DNA of 64,000 nt, taken from contig CBDFLJ010000001.1 of the NCBI GenBank assembly GCA_965248835.1, forward strand, positions 800,001 through 864,000, given 5' to 3'. The translations under genes were made by a program, and so were the position numbers. How positions within the stretch are numbered: the stretch's first letter is position 1; every line of letters starts with the position of its first letter. Positions 39,687-48,872 of this stretch are shown here, one piece after another. The notes under the pieces are model-generated. The model had not been told where the DNA came from and ran no database searches. It saw only the letters and a list, made by a program, of their open reading frames with translations. This DNA comes from Alphaproteobacteria bacterium (GTDB lineage: Bacteria > Pseudomonadota > Alphaproteobacteria > MPNO01).

Positions 39687-39738
39687 GGCCTCACGCCTCC
39701 AAACACGATCTCGATGACCGCACTATACCGGCCGCGAA

Positions 39739-40346
39739 TCAGCCTATCCAGGGGCGGCTTGCGGAATACGCGGCCTCGAATGCGACCATGGCGGCTTCGT
39801 GCTCAAAGGTCAGCGCGATGTCATCGAGCCCTTCCAGGAGGCAGCGCTTGCGGAAGGCGTCGATCTCGAACCCGTGCACGCCGCCGTCCGGGGCTCTCAC
39901 GGTCTGGGCTGCCAGGTCTATCGCCACCCGCGCGCCGGGCTGCCGGCGAAGCTGGCCGCGCAATTCCGCTGCGGCCGCGTCCTCCAAACGGATCGGCAGG
40001 AGCCCGTTGGCAAGGCAGTTGTTGAAGAATATCTCGCCGAAGCTCGGCGCGATGACGGCGCGGACGCCGTTCGCCTCCAACGCATAGACCGCCGCCTCGC
40101 GCGAGGAGCCGCAGCCGAAATTGCGGGCGCCGATAATGATCTCGGCGCCGCGATAGGCCGCGCGGTTGAGCACGAAATCGGGGCGCTCTCGGCCCTCGGG
40201 ATCGAAGCGCAGATCGGCAAACAGGTAGCGGTGATAGTGCTCGTCGCGCGCTTGCGCAGGAAGCGCGCCGGCAGGATCTGGTCGGTATCGAGATTGACCT
40301 GGTCGATCGGGGCCGCGATTGCGGTGAGCGCATCGAAGCGGCGCAT
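39739..40346 (-). pseudogene. leuD: 3-isopropylmalate dehydratase small subunit-like, frameshifted near 40250 (possibly a sequencing error)
   Basis: NLDTDQILPARFL in one frame; YLFADLRF..DFVLN, NFGCGSSRE, SFGEIFFNNC, CLLEGLDDI in the next; aag-cg-cgc lacks one base. Confidence 0.85.
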
Positions 40347-40356
40347 CGCCATCGGC

Positions 40357-41796
40357 TCAACCCCCGCGTGCCGGCGCCAGAGTGCGGACGTCGGCGAGCC
40401 GTCCGGTGACCGCGGCAGCGGCGGCCATCGCCGGGCTCACCAGATGAGTCTTTACGCGCTCGCCCTGGCGGCCGACGAAGTTGCGGTTGGTGGTCGATGC
40501 GGTGCGCTCGCCCGGCGCCGCGACATCGCCGTTGATGCCGATGCACATCGAGCAACCGGACTCCCGCCACTCGAAGCCGGCATCGCGGAAAATCCGATCG
40601 AGTCCCTGGCGCTCGGCCTCGGCCTTGACCAGGCTCGATCCCGGCACGATCAGGGTCGGCACGACCGCGCGCCTACCCCGCGCGATGGCCGCGACTGCGT
40701 GCAGATCCTCGATCCGCGCGTTGGTGCACGAGCCGACGAAGACCCGGTCGATCGGGATGTCGGTGATCGCCTGGCCCGGGACGAGCTCCATGTAGGCGAG
40801 CGCCGCGGCCATCGCCGCGCGCACCTCCGGGTCGGGCGCCGCCGCCGGGTCGGGGACGCGCCCGGTCACCGCGACCGCCTGATCGGGGCTGGTCCCCCAG
40901 GTCACCATCGGCGCGATCTCGGCGGCCGGAATCGAGACCTCGGCATCGAAGGCGGCGTCCGGGTCGCCGGGCAGCGTGCGCCAATGCGCGACCGCCCGGT
41001 GCCACAGCGCGCCGGCGGGCGCGTAGGGCCGCCCCGCGAGGTAGGCGAACGTTTTGTCATCGGGGGCGATCAGCCCGGCCCTTGCGCCCGCCTCGATCGA
41101 CAGGTTGCACAGGCTGAGCCTGCCCTCGATCGACAGCGCGCGCACCGCTTCGCCGGCATACTCGATCGCATGGCCGAGCCCGCCGCCGGCCCCGATGCGC
41201 ACGATAACCGCGATCGCCATGTCCTTTGCGGTCACACCCGGCGGCGCCGGCCCGTCGATCAGAACCCGCATGGTCCGCGGGCGGACCATCCACAGCGTCT
41301 GGGTGGCGAGCACGTGGCTGACCTGCGAGGCGCCGATGCCGAAGGCGAGCGCCCCGAGCGCGCCATGGGTGGCGGTGTGCGAATCCCCGCAGACGATCAC
41401 CAGGCCGGGCTGGCTCAGGCCCTGCTCCGGCCCGACCACGTGGACGATCCCCTGGCGCGGGTCGTCGATGGTGAACCGCTCGATCCCGTGTGCTCGGGTG
41501 TTGGCCTCGAACAGGTCGATCAGGGCGCGCCGTTCCTCATCGGCCGCATCGGCGGCGCGGCGCGAGCCGGTGGGCACATAGTGGTCGGCGACGCCGAATG
41601 TCCGGTGTGGCCGGCGCACCGAAGCCCCGCGCGCGGCGAGGATGTTGAAGGCATGGAACGATCCCTCGTGGACGAAATGCCGGTCGACATGGATCAGCGC
41701 CTGCCCGCCGTCGCCTTCGGCGATCACATGATCGTCCCAGATCTTGCGGAACAGCGTGCGGGGCGCGCTGTCCCCGGTTGCCGTGGACCGGACCAT
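40357..41796 (-). CDS. leuC: 3-isopropylmalate dehydratase large subunit-like (aconitase family)
   Basis: RTLFRKIWDDH, QGIVHVVGPE, CGDSHTATHGA, GSCTNARIEDL, GCSMC, STTNRNFVGRQG; ATG at 41796. Confidence 0.9.
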   Translation of the reverse strand: MVRSTATGDSAPRTLFRKIWDDHVIAEGDGGQALIHVDRHFVHEGSFHAFNILAARGASVRRPHRTFGVADHYVPTGSRRAADAADEERRALIDLFEANTRAHGIERFTIDDPRQGIVHVVGPEQGLSQPGLVIVCGDSHTATHGALGALAFGIGASQVSHVLATQTLWMVRPRTMRVLIDGPAPPGVTAKDMAIAVIVRIGAGGGLGHAIEYAGEAVRALSIEGRLSLCNLSIEAGARAGLIAPDDKTFAYLAGRPYAPAGALWHRAVAHWRTLPGDPDAAFDAEVSIPAAEIAPMVTWGTSPDQAVAVTGRVPDPAAAPDPEVRAAMAAALAYMELVPGQAITDIPIDRVFVGSCTNARIEDLHAVAAIARGRRAVVPTLIVPGSSLVKAEAERQGLDRIFRDAGFEWRESGCSMCIGINGDVAAPGERTASTTNRNFVGRQGERVKTHLVSPAMAAAAAVTGRLADVRTLAPARGG

Positions 41797-42632
41797 CAGT
41801 CCAGCCGGGCCACGGTCGCGTTGCCGAGCTCGCGGACCTTGGCCCGGTATTTCAGGACCGCTTCTTCGTGGCGGGCGATCGTCGCGGCGTCGTCTTCGCA
41901 TCCGGGCGGAAGTTCGTGGTCGAAATGGCCGAAACGGTCCTCGCCCCGCACCAGCAGCGCGCTGGTGCGGCATGCGCCGATCTGGCGCAAATGCGGCGAA
42001 TGGTAGATCAGCGATATTCCGACACGCCGGTGGGCGGCCCGGTTGGGGCGCGAGCCGTGGACCAGGAAGGCATGGTGGATCGAGGCCTCGCCGGGCCGGA
42101 GTTCGACCGCCACCGGCGCGGCGGCGGCGGGATCGATTTCGGCCGTCTGGCCGCTGGAGAGCATGTTCGCACCGCCGATATCGGCCTCTTTGAGGGGAAG
42201 CTGGCCGAGCTTATGGGTGCCGGGCAGGAATTCCATACAGCCGCTTTCCACCGTCGCCGGGGTGATCGCGACCCAGGCGGTGAGGACCTCGCAGGGCCGG
42301 TGGCCGAAATAGGTGTTGTCCTGGTGCCAGCTAACGTAAGCCGGATCGCCGCCTTCCTTGGACCACACCGTGTTGTGGTAGAGAAAAATGTCCGGCCCGA
42401 TCAGGTCCTCGACCGCATCGAGCAGCGCCGGCCGCGTCGCCAGCTCATACACCCAGGGAAGACGCAAATAGAATTTCGTCTCGCCCAGCCCCAGCAGCGC
42501 CCCCGACGCGCGCGCGCGTTCCATCCGCGCGCCGGACGAAGCTGCCTCTTCGTTCGACATGACCCGGACCGGAAAGACGAAGCCGTCGCGCTCATAGGCT
42601 TCGATCTGGCTTTCGCTCAAAACTTTCGGCAC
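41796..42632 (-). CDS. Phytanoyl-CoA dioxygenase (PhyH) family protein
   Basis: YERDGFVFP, VSWHQDNTY (HxD), GCMEFLPGTH, LVHGSRPN..R. Confidence 0.92.
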   Translation of the reverse strand: MPKVLSESQIEAYERDGFVFPVRVMSNEEAASSGARMERARASGALLGLGETKFYLRLPWVYELATRPALLDAVEDLIGPDIFLYHNTVWSKEGGDPAYVSWHQDNTYFGHRPCEVLTAWVAITPATVESGCMEFLPGTHKLGQLPLKEADIGGANMLSSGQTAEIDPAAAAPVAVELRPGEASIHHAFLVHGSRPNRAAHRRVGISLIYHSPHLRQIGACRTSALLVRGEDRFGHFDHELPPGCEDDAATIARHEEAVLKYRAKVRELGNATVARLD

Positions 42633-42823
42633 GGCTTGTACTTCCCCATGACCGTTCCTATGCGATCAACCGCGATCGTCAGACCCGCTCAAAAATGTCA
42701 TTCCGAGGCCTCTCTTTATATGGCATCGCGAAAATCGGAGGCGAGAGCAAGTTGCGAGGGGTTTGCATCACAACCCTTTGCGTGAAAATAGTGACCACGG
42801 CAAAACCCGCCTTCTCCCGGCGC

Positions 42824-45800
42824 CTATTCCGCCGGCGCGGCGGCGGCTTCGGGTCCGCGCGCGCGGCGGCGCTCGATGAGGCCCACCGTGATCGACATCA
42901 TCGGCGGGACGACGGCCATCGTGAGCACGGCCGACAGAGACAGGCCGCCGACGACGACCGAGCCGAGGCCGCGGTAGAGCTCCGAGCCGGCGCCGGGGAA
43001 GACGACCAGGGGCAGCATGCCGAAGACCGAGGTCAGCGTCGACATGAAGATCGGCCGGATGCGGTTGTCGGTGGCAAGCTCGATCGCGGCGCCGGCCTCC
43101 ATGCCGTCGTGGCGGATGTGGTGAAGCGTCTGGTGGACCAGAAGGATCGCGTTGTTGACCACGATCCCGACCAGAATGACGAAGCCCAGCATGGTCAGCA
43201 TATCGAGCGACTGGTTGACGTAGAGGTTCAACAAGGACAGCCCGGCCAAGCCGCCGGCGGCCGCTATCGGCACCGACAGCATGACGATCAGCGGATAGAC
43301 GAAGCTCTCGAACAGGACCGCCATCACCAGGTAGACGATGATGACGGCAAGGGCGAGATCGAGAACGATCTCGTTCCAGGTCAAGGTCAGCTTGTCGGCC
43401 GAGCCGGACATGCGGATGCGCACCCCCTCGGGCAGGCCTTCGCGCTGCATGGGGGCGATGACCTCGTCGCGGATCTTCTCCATCGCCGCCTCGAGCGGCA
43501 GGGTCGCGGCCGGAGAGACCGCCATGGTGACGGTGCGGATGCGGTCGATGCGGCGGATCCGCGTCGGCCCGGTCGTGACCTCGACGCTGGACAGGCTGCG
43601 CACCGGAACGATGCGGCCGTCGCCGGTAACCACCGGGAGGGCTGCGATCGACTGGGTCGATTCGGACTCTTGCGGCGGGCCCTTGAGGGTGAGGTCGACA
43701 CGCTTGCCGTCGACGTTGACCTGGGCCACCCGGATACCGTCGTTGAAAGCATCGATCGACTGGCCCAGATCGCGCGCGGACAGGCCGTTGTCGGCGAGCT
43801 TGACCCGGTCGGGCACCACCCGGACCTCCGGCTCGCCCAAAGTCAGCGATGGCCGCGGCCGGGTGCGGTGGCCGTCCTGCGGCGACAGCGTTCCCATGGT
43901 GCGGAAGAACACCTGGCGGCCGACGTCGAAAATCGTCGGCAGGTCGGGGCCGGAGATGTCGATGTCGACAGAACGGCCGCTGCCGATCGAGCGGCCGAAC
44001 AGCGAGGGCTGGAAGACGATGGCAAGCGTGCCGGGCTCGTTGCGCACCGGTGCCTGGAGCACCGGGATCAAATCGGCCGCGCGCTGGTCGTCGACATGGC
44101 GCCCGGCGATGAACGCCCGGCCGCGCAGCGCCACGTAGAAGAACCGGTCGATGAACTTTTCGGAAGCCGGCCTGTCCGGCGGGTGCGTGCCGCCGCTCTC
44201 GGCGATCGCTTCGTCCGACCAGTTCTTGCGGGTCTCATCGGCCACCGTCTCGGCGATCTTCTGGGTGGTGTCGAGGTTGTAGCCCGACGGCGGCAGCACG
44301 AAGCCGATGACGAAGTTGCGGTTGCCGACCGGCAGGTAGTCGAGCTTGGGCAGGAAGGCGGCGGCGAACAGGCCGGCGGCGACCGTGATGCTGCCGACGA
44401 CCGCCAGCGCGACGACCTTGTCGCGGACCACCAGGCGGGCAAACGCGCGCCAGAAGGCCCCGAACCCGCCGGCGAAGCGGTCGATGACCGGCAGGCGCAG
44501 CATGGCCTCGCGAGAGGGGATGCGGTTGGCAAGGATCCGGTTGGACAGCGCCGGGATCAGGGTCACCGAGACCAGGAGCGACAGCAGCACGGAGACCGAG
44601 ATCGCCACTGCGATGTCGCGGAAGAGCTGGCCGACCTCGAGTTCCATGATCAGGATCGGGATGAACACCATCACCGTGGTCAGCGCGGAGACCAGGACGG
44701 CGGGCCAGACCTGGGCCGTGCCGTAGTAGGCGGCGTCGGTGCGCGAGACGCCTTCCTGACGCATCCGGTAGATGTTCTCCAGCACCACGATCGCGGCATC
44801 GACCACCATGCCGACGGCAAACGCGATGCCGGCCAGGCTGATCACGTTGAGCGAGCGGCCCAACAGCGCCATCGCGACGAAGGAGCCGACGACCGAGATC
44901 GGGATGGCGACGGCGACGACCACCGTCGGCCGCCACGAGCGCAGGAACACCAACAGGATGATCACCGCCAGCAGGCCGCCGAAATAGATGTTCTGCATCA
45001 CCAGGTTGATCGAGGAGTTGATGTAGTCGGTCTCGTCATAGACCTGCTGGACCCGCAGCCCGGCGCGCCCGATCGGGCCGGCCTTCATCTCTTCGATCGC
45101 GGCGCGGACCAACGCCATGGTCTCGATGACGTTCGCACCCTGCTCGCGGGTCACGTTGAGCCCCATCGCCCTGATGCCGTTGGAATTGAGCTTGGCCCGA
45201 AGCTCCTTGTAGGCGAGATCGACGGTCGCGATGTCGCCGACGGTCACCCGGCCGAGCCCGGCGCCGTTCGCGGCGCTGCGCAAGACGACGGCGCGGACCT
45301 GGTCGGGGCTCGTCAGGTCGCCCTCGGTCCGCACGACATAGCGCCGCTTGCCCTCGTCCACGTCGCCGGCGGTGATCGAGGCGTTGGCCGCGCGCAGCCG
45401 GGCGATCACCTCGCCCACCGTCATCTCGTAGCGGGCAAGCCGCTGCGGGTCGATGACGACCTGCATCTCGCGCTCGGTCTCGCCGAAGATGTTGACGCCG
45501 CCGATCCCGGGCACCCGCTCCAGCCGCTCCTGCACCACATCGCGCAGAAAATCGCCGTAGGTGATCATGTCCCGGTCGTTGCCCGGAACCCGGGTGAACA
45601 CGAACCAGGCGATCGCGTTGTCCTCGGTCCCCGAGGTGCCCAGGGTCGGCTCGTCGGCCTCTTCCGGGTAGGTGTTCACCCGGTCGAGCCGGTTGGCGAC
45701 CAGCAGCAGGGCGCGGTCGAAATTGATGTCGGGCGAGAACTCGAGCGTGATCTTGCCCTCGCCTTGGCTCGCCTCGCTCAGCATCCGGTTGACGCCTTCG

Positions 45801-46021
45801 AGGCCCTTGAGCTCGTCTTCCTGCGGGATGACGATCTCGCGCTCGATCTCCGCCGGCGCGGCGCCGCGCCAGGATGTGGTGACGATGATAACCGGCTGGC
45901 GCACGTCGGGCGCCATCTGGATCGGGATGCGCTGCAGCGCGACATAGCCGAACAGGAGAATCATCAGCACCATGGCGATGACCGCCATGGGGCGCTCGAT
46001 CGACAGCCGGATGATGTTCAT
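42824..46021 (-). CDS. RND efflux transporter permease subunit
   Basis: 1065 aa; GMVVDAAIVVLENI, GIVVNNAILL, RIRPIFMSTLT..GMLPL. Confidence 0.95.
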   Translation of the reverse strand: MNIIRLSIERPMAVIAMVLMILLFGYVALQRIPIQMAPDVRQPVIIVTTSWRGAAPAEIEREIVIPQEDELKGLEGVNRMLSEASQGEGKITLEFSPDINFDRALLLVANRLDRVNTYPEEADEPTLGTSGTEDNAIAWFVFTRVPGNDRDMITYGDFLRDVVQERLERVPGIGGVNIFGETEREMQVVIDPQRLARYEMTVGEVIARLRAANASITAGDVDEGKRRYVVRTEGDLTSPDQVRAVVLRSAANGAGLGRVTVGDIATVDLAYKELRAKLNSNGIRAMGLNVTREQGANVIETMALVRAAIEEMKAGPIGRAGLRVQQVYDETDYINSSINLVMQNIYFGGLLAVIILLVFLRSWRPTVVVAVAIPISVVGSFVAMALLGRSLNVISLAGIAFAVGMVVDAAIVVLENIYRMRQEGVSRTDAAYYGTAQVWPAVLVSALTTVMVFIPILIMELEVGQLFRDIAVAISVSVLLSLLVSVTLIPALSNRILANRIPSREAMLRLPVIDRFAGGFGAFWRAFARLVVRDKVVALAVVGSITVAAGLFAAAFLPKLDYLPVGNRNFVIGFVLPPSGYNLDTTQKIAETVADETRKNWSDEAIAESGGTHPPDRPASEKFIDRFFYVALRGRAFIAGRHVDDQRAADLIPVLQAPVRNEPGTLAIVFQPSLFGRSIGSGRSVDIDISGPDLPTIFDVGRQVFFRTMGTLSPQDGHRTRPRPSLTLGEPEVRVVPDRVKLADNGLSARDLGQSIDAFNDGIRVAQVNVDGKRVDLTLKGPPQESESTQSIAALPVVTGDGRIVPVRSLSSVEVTTGPTRIRRIDRIRTVTMAVSPAATLPLEAAMEKIRDEVIAPMQREGLPEGVRIRMSGSADKLTLTWNEIVLDLALAVIIVYLVMAVLFESFVYPLIVMLSVPIAAAGGLAGLSLLNLYVNQSLDMLTMLGFVILVGIVVNNAILLVHQTLHHIRHDGMEAGAAIELATDNRIRPIFMSTLTSVFGMLPLVVFPGAGSELYRGLGSVVVGGLSLSAVLTMAVVPPMMSITVGLIERRRARGPEAAAAPAE

Positions 46022-46059
46022 GGGCTACGCCTGCGCATTGGAGCCGGACCGGACATGGC

Positions 46060-47616
46060 CTAGGCGCCGCCGAGCGGACCCGTGACCCGGACCTGGCCGC
46101 CCAAGCCCAGCGTCTCGTTGCCGCGGACGACGACCTTCTGGCCGGGCTTGACGCCTTCGAGCACGACGAAGCGTGGGCCGATCGCATCGCCCAGAAGCAC
46201 TTTCACGCGCCGCGCGTTGGTGCCCTCGACGACATAGACGAAGGCGTCCGCGCCGCGGCGCACCACGGCATCCTTGTGGACGGTCGCCACCGTCTGGCCG
46301 CCGCCGATCGGGATCAGGACGGTGACCGACTGGTTCGCGGCCAGCGGGCCGCGCGTACCGTTGAACCGGGGCGTGAAGCGGACCGGCCGGGTCCGGGTCC
46401 TGACGTTCTCGCTGGGCACGATGGCCCGGACCACCGCCCGGTGCAAGGTCCCGTCGTCGAGCCTGAGCCTCACGGCGGCGCCGACCCTGAGCCCGCGCAT
46501 CCTGTCGGCGGGGACCTCGGCCTCGGCCTCGATATCGGTGTCGTTCAACAGGCTGACGACGCGCGCGCCGACCGCGACATAGGTGCCGACATCAATATGT
46601 TTCTGGGTGACGACGCCCGGGAACGGCGCCTTGATCTCGGTGTCGTCGAGGTCGATCTGGGCCTGGCGAAGCTGGGCCCGAGCCTCCTTGAGCTGCGCCT
46701 TGCGCTCGGCCAGCGTGCCGCGGCGGGACTGGACGTCGCGCTCGATGTCCTCGTAGCGCGCGCGCGAGAACGCCGCGGACTTGCGCAGCCGGTCCAGGCG
46801 CTGCAGCTCGCGTTGCTTCTTGCGGTACTCGGCCTCAGCGGTCGCGACCATGCCCTTGAAGCGCCCGACCGAGGCGGCGTAGCGGTCGCGCACCGCGCGC
46901 AACCGGTCGGCCGAAATCACTGCGATCACCGCCCCCCGCGCCACGCGGTCGCCGACATCGACCCGCATCGCCATCACCGCGCCGCGGATCTCCGAGGCGA
47001 TGACGCCGGTCTGGCGCGCCACCAGGCGGCCGATCACCGGGATCGTCTGGCCCAACGGCTCGGCGATGACCTTGTCGAGGCGCACCGTCGCCGGCGGCCG
47101 GCCGCCGGGGCGCGGTCCGCCGCTTGCCGACCCGCCGCCCTGGAAGAAAGCGCGGATCTCCGCGCCGTCGAGCGCGCCGGACTTGTCCTTGTCGATCTTG
47201 TCGAAATTGGCGGCCAGCGGACCGCCGGCCTCGCTGCGCTCGATCACGTCGTTGCCGTTGGCGTCGGCCGCCTTCGCCCGCGGCGACAGGCCCGGCGGGC
47301 CGCCCGCCTGCGCCGCAGTCCGGGTCGCCGCCGTCTTCGGACAGCCGGTGCCTTGGAAGAAGCCGCTGATCTCGGCGCCGTCGAGCGAGCCGGACTTGTC
47401 GCAGTCGATCTCTTCGAAGTTCGCAGCCAGCGGCCCGCCGGCCTCGTTGCGGTCGATGACGCCGTTGCCGTTGCCGTCCAGGCCCTTGGCCCTGTCGGAC
47501 AGCGCGGTGTCCTGGGCCGTGGCCGGCGACGATAGGGCAAGGCCGAGCGCCGCGAGGACGGCCCAGGCCGGCCATCGCGTGCCGCAAGTTCCCCAGCTTG
47601 GTCTCAACGCTCTCAT
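46060..47616 (-). CDS. RND periplasmic adaptor (membrane fusion protein) with N-terminal EF-hand region
   Basis: Signal peptide; four EF-hand loops; then IASEIRGAV..VDVGDRV, coiled-coil hairpin, IKAPFPGVV, G.KVVVRG. Confidence 0.9.
   Translation of the reverse strand: MRALRPSWGTCGTRWPAWAVLAALGLALSSPATAQDTALSDRAKGLDGNGNGVIDRNEAGGPLAANFEEIDCDKSGSLDGAEISGFFQGTGCPKTAATRTAAQAGGPPGLSPRAKAADANGNDVIERSEAGGPLAANFDKIDKDKSGALDGAEIRAFFQGGGSASGGPRPGGRPPATVRLDKVIAEPLGQTIPVIGRLVARQTGVIASEIRGAVMAMRVDVGDRVARGAVIAVISADRLRAVRDRYAASVGRFKGMVATAEAEYRKKQRELQRLDRLRKSAAFSRARYEDIERDVQSRRGTLAERKAQLKEARAQLRQAQIDLDDTEIKAPFPGVVTQKHIDVGTYVAVGARVVSLLNDTDIEAEAEVPADRMRGLRVGAAVRLRLDDGTLHRAVVRAIVPSENVRTRTRPVRFTPRFNGTRGPLAANQSVTVLIPIGGGQTVATVHKDAVVRRGADAFVYVVEGTNARRVKVLLGDAIGPRFVVLEGVKPGQKVVVRGNETLGLGGQVRVTGPLGGA
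47137..47502 (-). repeat. Two 153-bp direct repeats (47350-47502 and 47137-47289), each encoding an EF-hand pair
   Basis: LSDRAKGLDGNGNGVIDRNEAGGPLAANFEEIDCDKSGSLDGAEISGFFQG versus LSPRAKAADANGNDVIERSEAGGPLAANFDKIDKDKSGALDGAEIRAFFQG. Confidence 0.9.
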
Positions 47617-47725
47617 CCCCGCGCGCAGCTCGTCCGGTAAGGGTTCAGTTACCTGTTGATCAAATATAGGATCGAAAGGCTTGCCGGCACAGGGACATGG
47701 CGCGGAGACATGGCGCGGATCCGGA

Positions 47726-48847
47726 TCACTGCCGCTCGAGGATATGGAATCCGTTGATGCGGTCGATCAGGTAGATCAGGCCACGGTCGTCGATGGTCAC
47801 GTCGTTGGCGCAGACCCGGTCGGCGGCGCGCGGCGGGTCGGGCAGGAAGTGGGCGGTCTCCTTGGGCGCATGCGGGTCGGCAATGTCGACAACCCTGAGG
47901 CCCTGAGCGAACCAGGCGAACGGGATCTCGGTGCCGATGACCACCTCGCTCGGCTGGTGGCATCCGGTCATCGGGATCTGCGGCGCGCCGTCGGGGTCGA
48001 GGCCGTCCACCTGGAAGGTCGAGATCGGGATCGGCCTGGTCTCGTCTGTGATGTCGAAGACCCACATGATCGCCGGCGGGCTCGGCCGCAGCTTGGCGAC
48101 GTCCTCATCGGCGACGACCAGGATCGTCTTGCCGTGCACCGGGAACGGAATCGGCAGCGCGGTGTGCTGCGGATGCGGGTATGCCGGGCTGATCGGATAG
48201 CTCGAAATCATTTCCGGCCTGGTCATGTCCTCGATGCCCAGGATGAACACGCCGTGATGCCAGTAGCTGGTATAGAGCCGATCACCCATCCTGAGCGGGT
48301 GATGGCAGCGCGGCGGCGGCCCGTCTGCCCATGGATAAGTCTCGCCGCCGGCCTCCCACTGGCCGGGGATCCACCAGCGGCCGACCTCCTCGGGGCTCGC
48401 CGGATCGGCGAGGTCGAGAATCATCATGATATTGCCGACATAGCCCTCGACGGTGGGCGAGATGTAGGCATAACGGCCGTCGAAATCGAACCGATGGACG
48501 CCTGTGCCCCAGGTCTCCCAGTTGGTGACGTGGCGCGGCCTGGACGGATCTTCGACGTCGTAGATGCCGAGCCCGCCCACGAAGTCCTCGGGCGCCTCGC
48601 CGCCGAGACGCTCGTGGTTGACCACCATCAGCCCGTTCCCGGCTCTGACCTTGTGGGAATGGAAGCCTGCCGGGATCGCGATCTCGGCCAGTTGCCGCGG
48701 GTTCGCCGGATCGGCGACGTCGTAGATCGAGGTGCCGTAGGGCGCGGCCATGTGCCCGACATAGGCGGTCGTCCCATCGACCCGGATCTGCCCGCCGCCG
48801 GGGCACTCGACATGGGCCACTTCCCGGATACCGCTTGTGCTTGCCAT
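47726..48847 (-). CDS. LVIVD-repeat beta-propeller protein
   Basis: Repeated IYDVADPANP, IYDVEDPSRP, ILDLADPASP, VFDITDETRP, VVDIADPHAP; many His residues; ATG at 48847. Confidence 0.85.
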   Translation of the reverse strand: MASTSGIREVAHVECPGGGQIRVDGTTAYVGHMAAPYGTSIYDVADPANPRQLAEIAIPAGFHSHKVRAGNGLMVVNHERLGGEAPEDFVGGLGIYDVEDPSRPRHVTNWETWGTGVHRFDFDGRYAYISPTVEGYVGNIMMILDLADPASPEEVGRWWIPGQWEAGGETYPWADGPPPRCHHPLRMGDRLYTSYWHHGVFILGIEDMTRPEMISSYPISPAYPHPQHTALPIPFPVHGKTILVVADEDVAKLRPSPPAIMWVFDITDETRPIPISTFQVDGLDPDGAPQIPMTGCHQPSEVVIGTEIPFAWFAQGLRVVDIADPHAPKETAHFLPDPPRAADRVCANDVTIDDRGLIYLIDRINGFHILERQ

Positions 48848-48872
48848 ATGGATTTTCGCCTTTCGTCCCGGT

